The translations under genes were made by a program, and so were the position numbers. The notes under the pieces are model-generated. The model worked only from the letters and a program-made list of their open reading frames with translations. It was not told where the DNA came from and made no database searches. This document shows positions 24,501 through 37,552 of a stretch of DNA of 64,000 nucleotides, piece by piece (positions within the stretch are counted from its first letter, which is position 1; every line of letters starts with the position of its first letter). Source of the DNA: Dimorphilus gyrociliatus (taxonomy: Eukaryota; Animalia; Annelida); the NCBI GenBank assembly GCA_904063045.1, contig CAJFCJ010000006.1, forward strand, positions 496,001-560,000, written 5' to 3'.

Positions 24501-25447
24501 TTCGTAAAAGAAAGTAATCATAATCAGGATGATTTACGAATCGTATTAGATCAAATTTTAAGCATGTCTCATGTTTCGAATCTTAATGACGTAAAAAATT
24601 TATCGGAAGCCATAACGAAAATTGCGTCTAGCTTAAAGAATATAACTAAAATCATAGAAGAAACTGAGTCGAAGAAAAAAAAAGCAAACGATCTTCTAAA
24701 TAAAGCTAAGCTTGCAAGGTAAGGTAGTACTTTTAAGGGTATGAATAGTTTGCTAACAAATTTTTTAATAGTAATTTAGCTAAAGTTGTTCTCAAAAAAG
24801 TTGAAGATATTGAGCGTAACTTGAACATATCAACGAACTTAACATCCGTCATTGATGATATTATAGCTAAAAACAAGAAAGCATCAAAGAAAGGAAATTC
24901 AACCTTTTTCAATGTAAGCATCTCAATATACCTCTTAAATTATAAGTTAATTTAAAACTTTCAGATTACAAAACGCATGGGTAAAATAACAGAGAAATTG
25001 AACAAAGTGCGAGCCACAGCTCAAATCGTTCGTTCAAATCTAGACAAGCAGTCTGAAAATAATGCAATGAATCAAGAAACTTTGGACAGGTCCAACAGCA
25101 GTATTACTGACTCAACCGCTCGTCTTAAGAAAATGGACATTCGCTCGCTGGAAGCAAGGGGTGAGAAAATTAAAATAACTTATAATAAGACACTGGAGAC
25201 GAAGAAAAGTCAATGGACTAGGCTTAAAAAACTCTTGGCCCAGTCACAGAAACTGCTCGAAGAAATGGAAGAATTACCAGGCAAAATGGTCATGATGAAT
25301 ACTGAATCTATACAATTAAAAATGAAATTAACAGAAAAAATCAAAGTTTTAGAGGACAACTTGCAGAAAGTTATTGTACTACAAGCAGAGTTCCGCATCA
25401 TAAATCAAAAACATAGTCAGGCTCTTTCTGATGCCCAGGGAAAGTAG
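18531..25447 (+). CDS. LAMB1: Laminin subunit beta
   Basis: Signal-peptide exon 18531-18573, then from 19007 an LN domain (GNLMIGR, TWWQSENG, FKTFLPAAMLIERR, YYYAIYEL..G.CSCYGHA), LE repeats, an LF domain, more LE repeats, CEPCGECFDNWD and a long coiled coil. The stop is at 25447, or at 25530 if a 50-nt intron 25444-25493 is spliced (giving GKLVFLRCFSYSI*). Confidence 0.92.
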
Positions 25448-25666
25448 ACTTATTGTTTGTTCATTATGTAGTTCCGTGTTCAATGTTCCGTAGATTAGTA
25501 TTTCTTCGATGCTTTTCATACAGTATATAGCGATTAAGTGTTCGTGTATGCACATGTGTGAATGATCAAATAAACAAAAGTCGTTCTTATTTGTAAATCT
25601 GGAGTCTTTTGCCTACGGCACGATCTCTTAAAATTCTTCGTAGATATCTTTATTTTTCAAATTTCA

Positions 25667-26887
25667 ATGAATCGAAAAGAAGAAGCCATAATTCAGAGAA
25701 AAAGGGCTGTTGAAGAAGCCCGGAAAGAACGAATTTTTAATGCCAAGACCAGGTTAATTGGAATCGATGCGACAGCTCTTGAAGAGCAAGCAAGGGAGCG
25801 CAGACGGATGATGAAAGAGGAAGAAAGAAGGAGTGACATGTTTGACCGAGATAGAGTCAAAGCAGATTTGTTATCTTTGGAATATGAAAGAAGGCAAAAA
25901 GAGGAAAAGAGAAGATTAGAGCAAGACCTGAATCGATTTCGGTTTACCTAACGTTAAATTAAAAAATAATGAAATTATTCAATTTTTTTAATAGATTTGA
26001 AGAACAAGGGAAGATCAGGCAGCGGGAATGGGATCTTAATGATCCTTTAGCTCTGCAAAGACAACTTCCTATACGTTGTGGAGATACTGACCCAAGATTA
26101 GGTCCTTCTTCGCTACAAGTCTTTGGAGGGGAAGATTTACGAGGTAGCTTTTTTTATTTTTCAAATTAGACATTTAAGAACCAAACTTTTAATAGCAAAG
26201 GAACGAAAACGGCTTCAGCAGGACCAGATGAGAAATTGGAGTCTTGAACAGCAAAATTTGAAGCGCGATTCTAAACAAATTGAAGAAGAGGCTAACACTT
26301 ACTATCAAAATCTTCGGAAAATGGAGGATTATCGGTGGACGGAGTTGAACAGACTTCTTGACGAGGCAAAATATGCAAACAACAAAGCTCAAAGTGAATA
26401 TAACATGAATTTGGCTATTTGTCGTGCTAAGAACAAGATGGAAGAAAAAACTCGGGACGAAACGGATAAAATGACAGAAATTATGAATAATTTGAATGGT
26501 GACCTTTTAACCGAGAATCCTGCGCAGGCTATCAGCTATGGTCCAAGGAAGGTTATACCAGATCGATGGAAAGGATTGCAGGATGAACAACGAGCTTCAA
26601 TTAAGTACGACTTAATAGAACAAATGAGAAAAAAACAATTAGAAACAGGAGAGCTTAAAGAAATCGATAAAGCATGGGAAGCAGTTACGTTGAAGAATAT
26701 GAATGACGGGCTACTGAAGGAACGCGAAAATGAACGTCTTGAAGCTGAAATGAAACGCAAGTTAGCTGAAGAAAACTTATCCTTAGCAAAGGAGCAGAGT
26801 CAGCGAAACGAATATTTAGAGCATTGTGTCTATACAAATCCAATAGGGAATGAATATTTCAGTAATTTTAACACCACAACCCGTTAA
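25667..26887 (+). CDS. RIBC2: RIB43A domain coiled-coil protein (axonemal microtubule inner protein)
   Basis: RKERIFNAKTRLIGID, REWDLNDPLAL, DPRLGPSSLQVFGGED, DLLTENPAQA...DRWKG and YFSNFNTTTR*. Two short introns. Confidence 0.9.
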
Positions 26888-27302
26888 ATTATGTTTGTGA
26901 TTGTGATATGGAAAATATTTATTTTCGAAATAAATCCTATCAAACTCTTCAGTGTTTGAGTACAGAAAAACCTTAACAACCGCCTAGTGGCGCTGTGAAC
27001 GCGAAATAATATTAAACATAAGATTATTTGTTGTATTAAAGTTTACGGTAACAACTTGTATTTCAAGTTTTGTTTATAAGATTAAAGTGATGTGCCTTTG
27101 TTCATTAGAAGTCATTAAATATCTAAATATGTCAACTGTTATATTTTGATATATTGCTAATTCTGTGTTCTTGAACTTATTTCATGTTCTTTATGTACTT
27201 TTTCAGATGAAAACATTGTGAACGCTAGCTAAGTTAAATTAAATTTTTTCCTGTACCTGCCAAATATCACTTTTGTGCCAATCACATGCTTGAACTCCCG
27301 AA

Positions 27303-30300
27303 ATGGGCCGAACAACAAAACCAAATAATCAAACAACATTTGAAGGTAAATTAGAGGAGGAAGAAGACTTGCAAAGTTCAAAGGGAGGTAGAAATAATGG
27401 AACTAGAGAAGTAATATATGAATCAAAAAGAAAAAAGAAGGAAAAATACCCTCCTGGTACTCACGAAGCCACTTTTTCTGTCGTTATATCTATGTCAATA
27501 CCCTCCAGTAATTATTATATTGACGATTACAACAGAATAATTAATTTCATTGATTCATTATTTAGATACTGAGGAAACAGTAACCGGTACTATCGAAAGC
27601 TCAAAAAAAAAGCATTCGAATATAATTGATTCGCCTAAAGCTCAGAATTATTATCACATTGAATATGGAATGCTACCAGGGGAAGAGGAAATATTGAAAA
27701 CAGATATTGTGTCTTTCGGACCCGCTGCTAAATTTTATGCGGAAAAGCAAGAATCCCGAGTTCTAAAAACGTTCCAATCAGGAAATTGTTCTTGGATTGC
27801 TTGGACTCAAAAGTTAGTATCAATGTACTTAGTTCTTCGGAAATGTTTATTTAACAATAAAAAAATTACAGCCACACTATACCTATGACTGAACAGAATG
27901 TGGATAAGCTACATAATCATATACTTGAGCTGCGTCTATGGAATCAAAAAGATAAATGCTCTTATAAAGCCAAGTTTGATAGGCCGAAAGCTTTCAAACT
28001 ACCAAAAGGTATATCAAGTTCAATTTTTGATGCGTGTCTTGCAAAACACAAAAATTGAAGAACCTCAAAGGATAATTGCAATGTTTTTCACAAAAATAGT
28101 TTATTGATTAGCACTATAGTGTAATTTCTTTCTTCAGGTGAGGATGACTTAAATACTGGAGTAGGAGGATTGGTGTTAAATCAGATCAAAAGTTTCGTTG
28201 ATATGGGACCGAAAAAATTATATTTGCATAAAGATCTTCCAAACATTTATAATACATCGGATTCGAATAAGAAAAGTAAATATTTTTACATTTTATTTAC
28301 GAAATTTGAAAAGTATTTTAGCAGTTGTACAAGAATATTGTATTCGATATGATCATGGATTTTCTCTATTTTAGTTTATTAAGTAAATGGAAAAAACAGA
28401 AACACAAATATCACAATACCTGTAACATAAAAATATTTTTATTTAAAATGGCGTTGCAAATTAACTATGTATGCTATCAATTTGGGGATGGCAAAAACGT
28501 TATCGCTCCTCAAACTTAAAGTTCATGTTTAGGCTATTAATTTTATTTTAAAAAGTTGTTAAATGATGAATTCATGATTAGGTGAAGACTAAGGCTAGGG
28601 TTAGGCTCAAATATTCAGAATATAACTTTACTAACTTTGGTTTAGGGTAAACGGGGGCGATTCTTCTCATACCCCTGTTCAACTCTGCTTGGTCATAGTT
28701 CTTAAATACTGTTTTTTATACCCAGTTATATCGCTTAAACAACAATTACCAATAAGTGACCTGTCTGAAAACAAAATTGACAACATAAAGTATGCCACTT
28801 CATCGGAAAATATCGGTAAAATAATTTCTCTCGAGATTTATTTGTAATAAAATGCCTCTTCTATATAAGAAAACGCACCAGCCAGCAGGATTCAATCAGC
28901 TAAGAAATCTCGCAATTCTAGGGCAAGCATTCATACTCCATCAAGAGATGTTGGATCTACAGAGGACGGAGGTCCTTTAAGGTAATTATGAGGATTATGG
29001 AAGAGACTTGCATATATTTGCTATGTTGTATAGGATATATGAAAATTTGCGTCAATTGGCCAATGGAATGCCTTCAGAAGATGACGACCTAGAGGAACTT
29101 ATAAGCCTGGGTGGGGGAACTTCTGCAGATCTTGCAACATCTAAACGTCGACAGTCTATTAACAGCAGGCAGTCAAAGTCTCAAATGAAAGCAAAGGTGA
29201 AGAAAAAATTTGATGTCGAAGAAGTAGAACGTATAAAGAAGCAGGGCGTTGCATGTATACCGATAAATATGGCTGAGTTTTTTGCTCGTTCGTTTTATTG
29301 TGATAGTAAAAGTTATTTTGTTAACATTTCGTTAATTTCTTCTTTAGCTGGAACTACTTGTGTGACAAAAAGACTATCGTCAAACGTGCCGGGAATAGAA
29401 GATTTTTTCATTACAATTAAATTGACAACTCCAATATTATCAGATGAGCAGATTGATTTTTATAACCCATTATCTATAAAAATTCATTGTGCTACTAATA
29501 TGCCAAATGAGCCATACGACTATGATATTCTCAGGGAAATATGCGAACCAGCGTTTATTGAGTGTCAATTTCTCAACAGTGACATTCACAGGAGTGACGG
29601 AGTTCTGCAAGACCAGGGTATATACTGGGATGATACTTTTGTTGTTCTATTGGGTAAGATAGATCCCAGTAAAGTACGAGAATTTCTCCTAGGACCCCAC
29701 TTTGAAATAAAAATTCATGATAGAGATAAAAAAATAGACGGAATAAGTAAAGTAAAAAAACCGGCTTTATTTGGAGCTGAAATTGAAGACGAAAAAATTT
29801 CTAATGTGGGAGTGGTTTCTTGTAAGCTTCGCCAAAATTGTCACAGATTATTTTTATTTGCATTATTTTCTTTAGCTAAAAGAACTTTGTACAATGCGTT
29901 TGATGCTAACAAAAAACCTTGGGACCCATATGGGATATCACGATTTGACCTGTCAGGACTCTTATTGGGTCAAAAAATAATATATCTGCATTCTCCAATT
30001 TTACCTTGTAAAATTCCCGATGTGCTAGGAAAGGAGATGAAAGACAATGCTTTGCTTGGAATTAGAGGAGCCGTAGATGGACCAGGTGCAATACGATTAA
30101 ATATATTGTAAAGTTTAATATTATTAATTAATTAAATAATGTTATAAACTTTTAGAAATAGGACCAATGCAACAAGCAGATTATATGGGATCTGGAGCTG
30201 AATTAAAAATAAGAGTAGAAGTAGCGAAGGTTTTGGTTGGAGAGGATGAGATAAACAAAAGGACAGATAGAAAAATTTCATCAGCGGTAGTGTATAAATC

Positions 30301-32953
30301 TAATTACCCTTTAAAAAATGTCAATTTTGAACAAAAAAATATATATTTAAAATTGCCTTTTAGGTCTCTTTTCGTTATAAAGATATTTTAAAAATTGTAA
30401 GTGATAGACCGAATATGTTAACTTTCAAATGATTTAATTTATAAAAGCCAGTAATAATAAATTCATTCTTGGAAGTCTAACAGCTGTTTTTTTCAAATTA
30501 AAAATACTCTTTATAAAGTTTTTGTTTTCTTACTGATCTAACTGACACCAGTGTTAAATTACACTTAAATTTTGATAAACTACTATTTGAAAATTATAAA
30601 TTTGTACAGTGTCCCTTTAATCGCCTGATATATGTGGTTGATACACAACAACAAAATTTTCTCCGACGTTTGCTTGATAAAATTTCTAATATAAATGCTG
30701 AAGCTCTGGGTTTAGCAAATCTGGATGAAAATGCTGTTAGAGCCATTCTGTCAACTTTTAAGCTGTCAACGTTTGTGTTTTTTTCATATTCTCTTATAAT
30801 TAATGTTACATTTAAAAATTTCTCTGCAGTGAGCAGCAGCAATCCCCCTCTTTAGATATTATAACTGGTTGTCAAATAATAGATAAAACTACAAATATAC
30901 TTATTTTGGAGGGTTTGGCTGATAGAGGTTTGGCAGAGCTATGGGCTCATTTACCTCAAGAAGCTGATTCGAGCACCAAAATTCTATACAATTCTGACAC
31001 AAGATTTACTGAACGACTCTATGGAAAATTGGATGTTGATATCGTCAAGATTAAAGTAAAATACATCTTTTACAGATATATAAATAAATTTTAATACAAA
31101 ACCGATTAACAGCTGCATGAACCATTAGATTTAATTATTCAACAACCCCTCTTTTATGTTCGGGATATGGTTCCAAAGGATTGTTTTGAAGCCTTAACGA
31201 AACTAAAAGACATTCTAAATTGTAGTAAAATAAGACAGATATGTAAAAATGATCTATGGCCCACAGCCAATATGATAATTGTACTAAGTAAAGAGTTTGG
31301 AGTACCTTTAACGAAAGACGAACTGAAAGGTAAAATATTGTAAATAAGTTACAACTTGTAAAATTTTATTCATTTCAGACCTCCAGGAAAATGAAGAAGA
31401 GAAAAAGCAATTAAATGATAACACTAGAGGAACAATAACTAGATCATCTCGAGCTCGAACTCCTCGTACGCCTCTAGATAATGCGAATCCTGAATTTGTC
31501 AATCAGCTTTCTCGCAGAACAGTCTCTCCGAACTCAAGGAATTTTCTGGCTGAACATAAAAAAACTTTGAGAGAAATTAGTCGCTTAAACGCTGAAGAAC
31601 GCTCAAAAACAGCACCTTCAAAATTTTTTGTTTCAAATTATCCAGTTCATAATTACAGCAGTCACACATTTAATCAGATTGAATTAGCAAAAGAGCAAAT
31701 TAGAGACATGATACAATCGGTATAGTTTAATGATTAAAGTCTTAATTTAACTAATTTACTATTAACATTTTAAAAGGATTACTTAAAGAGATATTATTCA
31801 TATTGTCCTGATTATCACATAAGTGGCACATTCTTTCCTAAAGATTTTGATGACGAATATAGGTTAGTGTTCTCTCTAGTTGGAAAGAGATTGGAAATTA
31901 TTATTTTGTTCTAGGAAAGACAGTGTCCCCAAAAAGTATCTTTGGAAAACTCAAGAAGGTTGGCGTTATCCAGGAAAACAACATATGGTTCAAGCTAATC
32001 AACATCCTTTAAAACCCGACGATGCCCGAGCTGCGGAGCTAAAAAAGGTACCATTTCTTTAAACGTGTATTATTTGATGACTTCAGAGCTATCTTTATTA
32101 GGAATGGGAAGAAAATTCTCTTCATACAAATAAATTCGTTCCACCAGTTGCTCAGAGAGAAGCATTCTCGTGGTGTCATCGTGCTTATGACTTTAATTTG
32201 TGGCAAAAGGCTGTTCCAATAGATCAAGGAGTCCCATCCATTCATCCAGCAGGCATAACTGCCCAAGAAGATAAGATAAAGGCCACAACTTTGGAAAAAC
32301 AAAAATGGAAAGAAAAACTTGTAACCGAAACTGAACAAATGAAATTCCATCGAAAAAACTGCAAAACAGAGATGACAATGTGTGGCTCCAAGTCTTCAAA
32401 TCAAATAGATAAGCTCAATGGACTTCTTAAAGACGAAGCTAAAAAAGTAGCCTTACAAGGAAGGATGGCGAAAATATGTTCAATACCTCCCTTTCAAGTT
32501 GTTGCACAGCCATCTGTCGACACCCAAGCAAGAGAGATGGACAAAGCTATAGCTCCCGCGATTGATAATGAATTTGAGGATTTCAACATAGGATTTTCTC
32601 CTGGTGAACGAGGGAAGTCGCTGACTGTAGACTTCATTTCAAGGCACGATTACGATAGGCACAATTTTCCTTTCGCTGATGATTTCAAGTAAGTTGATAT
32701 GCTACAATGATAATAACTTATTCTCTCTCAAATTCTTAGACCTCGGGTAAATCATAAATCTAAAATCTACAAGAAAATACCTAAACCTTTAAGTAATGAA
32801 GAATATTCGAATAATTTGTACCAATTAACGCCAGATTTGGAGGAAAGGTTAAAACTGCTGCCGAAACCTCTTGAGGTACCCAGCATCGAAGAACTAAAAG
32901 AGTTTTATAACAAATTAGGCAATGAGGGCTGCTTTCTTCCACCCATTAGCTAG
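27303..32953 (+). CDS. CFAP92: Cilia- and flagella-associated protein 92-like (DUF4550/KIAA1257 family)
   Basis: YYHIEYGMLP...KTDIV...SWIAW, HILELRLWNQKDK, NPLSIKIHCATNMP, IKIHDRD and PYGISRFDLSGLLLG. Many short GT-AG introns. The last exon ends GCFLPPIS* at 32953. Some internal exon boundaries near 28300-29000 are uncertain. Confidence 0.8.
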
Positions 32954-33287
32954 CTTAAGTAAAAAAACGTGCAGTATTATCAATATATAAAATATATATT
33001 TGTCAAAAAATAATATATGACCTCGTAGACAACAAAATTAACTCTTGACTATTATGTGAAATTGTATCAATATATCAGATTTTATTTCCTAAGTAAATAA
33101 GTTACAATTCTACAGTATATATGATTTATGTACTCTATTTAAAATAGCTTGTGATAAGTAGAATTGAAGACTGAAAAAGATATTTGTCATAATTTGAAAA
33201 AATTGTTTGTGAAATTACTTTCGTAGTATTCGTTTAATGTAGCTCCCAGAAGTCGAATAACAGCAAGAAAATAGTGAAAAGTTTAGT

Positions 33288-34376
33288 TTAGAGTAATTCA
33301 TTAGGTTTCTGCTTCCTCACACAAGCACTTATCAAACAATTTTTCAATATGTCTGATTTAGTAAAATGATATTTTATGGATGGGTTTTCTGACAATTTCG
33401 TTAAGCACTCCTTTGAGAGTAAATCATAACGAATCTTCGACAGAATATTTTCCACAATTATCCTTGACAACTTCTTAGTTTTAAACTGTAGAGTTAACCA
33501 ATAAAGAGCTAGTTTTAACAACTCCTCTTCATTCAGGGGTGTATTTGTCGAAGAAAGCATAAGGGCAAAAACATCACTTGGTAGAGATCGGAGTTGAGAA
33601 TTAAGTAATTTCTTGTTTTGCAATTGCATCCCAAATCTAGTCATGAGATTTTGTGCAGCTATAGACTTTAGGGGATATTCGGTATATTTTATTATGTTTA
33701 TGATGTCGTTGTCCAATAGATAATTATTACTCGGAATATTAGTAAATTTTTCAGTCACTTTGCAGTCATTTTTAACTTGATTTTCTAAAAACTTTAGCCA
33801 AAACTGAAGACAAAGGGATTTCAAGCTGGGTATGAGATAGTAGTCTGCAAGACAGTAATAGACCCAAACGTTTCTTTTATTTAGTCGTAAATCGGATCCA
33901 TAAAGGTAGAGAATTATGTTTTCAAAATAGTTTAAGCTGTTGGGTAAAGGAAGATGAACTTCTGTCGATTCTCTTGTTTTCCATCTCGATGATAAGCAGC
34001 AATGAAAAAAATCACTCTTGCTTCTCAAAATAATTGAATGAACATATAGAACTCGTTGATTATTTGAATTCGTACACGAGACAACAAGCGTCAAATCTCG
34101 TCCGTCTGTTGAAGATAAATTTAATTGGAAATCATCAATAATTTGCCGTTCAGAAACAAAGTCTTCGCCACTATCATCATACTTAATAGAAACTATTTCC
34201 TTTTCTACAAAATCCATAAGTGAATCCGAGACTGGGAGATTACAATTGGTAGAACTTCCTCTTTTCTTATTGTTTTTCGCAGTAAAACAACAGGGCTTAT
34301 CACTTTCCAGTCGACAAATTGAATGTTCTACGTCTAGAGCGCCTTTACTTTCTTTGCAAAAGTTATCCATCGTCAT
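33288..34376 (-). CDS. BTB/POZ-BACK domain protein, intronless
   Basis: Single 362-aa ORF with DLTLVV...YVHSIILRSKSDFF...W, F..IILYLYG..L, A.YY.I..L...C (BTB) and L.ST.....EEELLKLALYW...ILSKIRYDLL (BACK). Confidence 0.82.
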   Translation of the reverse strand: MTMDNFCKESKGALDVEHSICRLESDKPCCFTAKNNKKRGSSTNCNLPVSDSLMDFVEKEIVSIKYDDSGEDFVSERQIIDDFQLNLSSTDGRDLTLVVSCTNSNNQRVLYVHSIILRSKSDFFHCCLSSRWKTRESTEVHLPLPNSLNYFENIILYLYGSDLRLNKRNVWVYYCLADYYLIPSLKSLCLQFWLKFLENQVKNDCKVTEKFTNIPSNNYLLDNDIINIIKYTEYPLKSIAAQNLMTRFGMQLQNKKLLNSQLRSLPSDVFALMLSSTNTPLNEEELLKLALYWLTLQFKTKKLSRIIVENILSKIRYDLLSKECLTKLSENPSIKYHFTKSDILKNCLISACVRKQKPNELL

Positions 34377-35776
34377 GTAAGTGAACGGTAACTCTCAAAT
34401 TGTTGTTACACGAGGCTAGAATCACTAATAAATGCAAAAAAGAGCTTCCAACATTTCGTGAATATTTATTATGTTAAAAGAATATTAATTTAAATAGTGT
34501 AGCCTCAGGCAAGCCGTTCTGAGAAATATCCCAGAAACAAAAAGCTATTGATAAAAACAGGCTTGAATAATACATATAATGCATCCTGGATGTTTTTGAA
34601 TTATAATCAATATATCCGAGAAGTAGATAGGTGGCGTATTCGATCACGTGATTCTTATATCATGTTTATTTTATCCAGCGTCATTTACTCAAATAGTTTT
34701 ATAAATACGTAAAAACATTGTAATGTCTAGTTAATTTAGATTGTTAATTTTTGTACATGATACTCAAATGGTGGATTAATAAGGAATTGATATAGAGGAG
34801 AATTAACATTGGCCATAGCAGTATTATCTTAAACATAGGCCTTTGAAATATATTGTTTAGGCTCTAGGAAATAGAATATTGCTTTTAAACAGTTCTTCCT
34901 GGAGGTGTAAAGACTATACAAGAGTTCTTTTCTGAAAGAATTACTAAGTGAAACGTGAAATTCACTATTTCCCAAAACTGTCATCATAAAAATGATAAAA
35001 AATATCACTTCTATTCTATTAATTTGGTAATACAGAAAACCCTTATTCATTAATGTTTAGCATAAAAAGTCTTAATAGCTTCTTTATGATATCATTTAAC
35101 ATTAGGATATCCTCTGAGAAAATGAGAATATACGACCTACGTATATCAGCTAAAAAAAAGTGCGTATCAGAGCCGTCAGTAATGCTTTAAAAGAATCTTG
35201 CTGATAACTCCAATAAATTTAAGTCTTTTAGTCATCTGACCTTGCATAACTATTAACCTTTTTATAATCTACTGGGAGACAATATAATTTATATTTTGAA
35301 GATTAATTAACTCAACAAATTTCTTGTTTCATTATACAACTTCCTTTTATAATTTCGTATCTTTGATTCCTCCGCCAGAGGTCGTTGTAAACCAAAACGG
35401 GTATATAATATCGAAAACATACTGTCAGGTACGTACCGCATATTGAACTATTTCTAAATGATTCCCCCATCGTTTAAAACACTGGACTCTGTATCTGGTG
35501 GAAAGAAGTCAGAGAAGGGTCTTTATGAAAATCCATCAGTTTTATTGTTGTTACGATAAATAAACCGCCGTATTAAGCGAATGATAGTCTCAGCTTATCC
35601 CCGTTCACTTCGCATTTATTGCTCTAATATAGCTAGCGAATGGAATGTTGAGCTTCACCAAGAAAACAATTAGTCATGAATTACTAAAATTTCACATAAA
35701 CATTATTTTTAAATAGTATTATCAAATTTATTTCATTGATCGATTGTTGAATTGTAGAGGACGATGAGAAAATATC

Positions 35777-36901
35777 ATGTCCAACATTCGGATAGTATCA
35801 AATAATACACCGGGTACATGTGTCGATTGTAGTCCATGTGCATACGATGAAGAGAGTAATCAAGTTTGTGAAACATGCTCCCGAATTTGCAGTGGAACGT
35901 TAAAAATACGATTATCCAAAGTATGGGATACTGAGCTGCTGTCAGTACTTCTTGATGATATGGATAATATCTCAGAATCATCAACCGAAAGTCTACAGCG
36001 TCGAACTAAAATACGAGATATCTTCTCAGAATGGCTGTTCAATCATGACATGATAGAATGCACTGATGAGACTGAATTTGTATTTGAGGAAAATAACGAC
36101 GAAATTGATTCTGCATATCACACAGCAGAGAGCAATCCAACAAGTCACGGCAAATTTTCTCCTAATTTTCCTAAAGAAGATTTAAAGCAACAGATTGATT
36201 CCTTCAATGGAAATTCTTACGGTCTGTCTATGAGTATAGATGAAAATGGTCATGGGTATAATGGTCAGATACGTATTCATCTGAATCTTTATCGTCCAGT
36301 GAAAATGGCTGTTCAATGTCAAGACGCGATTCTTAATAATCCAGAGAGTGAAGATGACGAACCTAACATGTGCACAGTCAAAACCTCCGCCTTTCAGATT
36401 CCTCAAAATAGCAGTCAGGTTATTCATATCGCTAATACCACCAACACTAATGAGGCTGTAAGAAAATTTTTAGAAAAATTCAGCATTATTGATAATCCAT
36501 GTAAATTTTCTTTATATGAAAGTGTTGACAAAGGAGAAGGCCATGGTATTGCTTAATTTTTTTTAACCAAATGTCAAAATTAACGTTTGAAACTTTCAGC
36601 ATCTATAAGACGAGTTTTGGATGATGAATATCCTCTTTCAATATGTTTGGGTTGGTCGGCTCAAGGGTTAAACACTAGAAGTTTCGTACTGAGAGAAAAT
36701 GATTCTAATGAAATTCAATGGGATGCTTTCTCCATACCAGAGCTACAGGCTTTCTTAAAAATTCTACAACGAGAAGAAGATGAACTACAAGAGCGAATTA
36801 AACGAAAATATGCAACAAGACGTGAAACTTTGAGACAACACATTGGTAATATTAAACAGCAACAATTTGCAAATGACAAAAGAACGCCCGTTTTTGTATA
36901 G
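35777..36901 (+). CDS. Ras association domain family protein (RASSF1/3/5-like) with SARAH domain
   Basis: Exons 35777-36547 and 36600-36901. RA domain GYNGQIRIHLNLYRPV...KFLEKFSIIDNPCKFSLYE and RRVLDDEYPL. SARAH domain EIQWDAFSIPELQAFLKILQREE. The N-terminus is Cys-rich. Confidence 0.88.
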
Positions 36902-37288
36902 GATCAGTACTATCGATCATGACTAGTAAGCTTTTAAACAGAGATTGCTTAGAGAATTTACATTTATAAATATTTTTTATTTCCTTAATTATATCATATG
37001 TCATTGTATTGATATTATAATTAAATTTATAAGTCAAAATTAAAAAAATTATTTGCCGTTAGATGGCACTTACGTTGTTAAATAAGTAAGAAAATAATTC
37101 TGATAAAAGAGAAAAGTATTTAAACAAATATACAAACTTTTAGCTGTAAGTCATAAATTATTTTTTAATAAAATTTACTAGACAAGATATTTGCATTTAC
37201 TTTTTTTTGACAAAGTAAATATTAGACATTTATATAAACGGAATTTGAGCTGATAGAATAGTATGGGATAGAAAGAAAATTTTGCTTC

Positions 37289-37552
37289 ATGAAAAATGTC
37301 GGGTCTGACAAAAGGCGCACAAGAGGTCAATTTTGTCAGAGCAATCAGATAAGAGAGCTTGTTGATAAATGTTCTCTGGCATATAGCCACAGGTCTAAAT
37401 TGAAGAGAAAACGAAAGATTGCAGCAAGAATAAAATTATTTTCTAAAATGACTGCAAATGAAATTTTAAGGCATGTGATTAAAAGGGGACCATTCGAAAG
37501 TAAAAATTTAGAAGAATTTAACCGCCAAAATACCAAACATTTGTCAGGGTAA
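37289..37552 (+). CDS. Hypothetical small basic protein (possible orphan gene)
   Basis: ATG-initiated 87-codon A-rich ORF with KLKRKRK, and a possible GG|GTAAAC donor at its end into a GC-rich segment. No recognisable family. Confidence 0.25.
   Translation: MKNVGSDKRRTRGQFCQSNQIRELVDKCSLAYSHRSKLKRKRKIAARIKLFSKMTANEILRHVIKRGPFESKNLEEFNRQNTKHLSG

Noticed and set aside
28577-28650. Telomere-like TTAGG/TTAGGG words
   Set aside because: Only scattered single copies with no tandem array.
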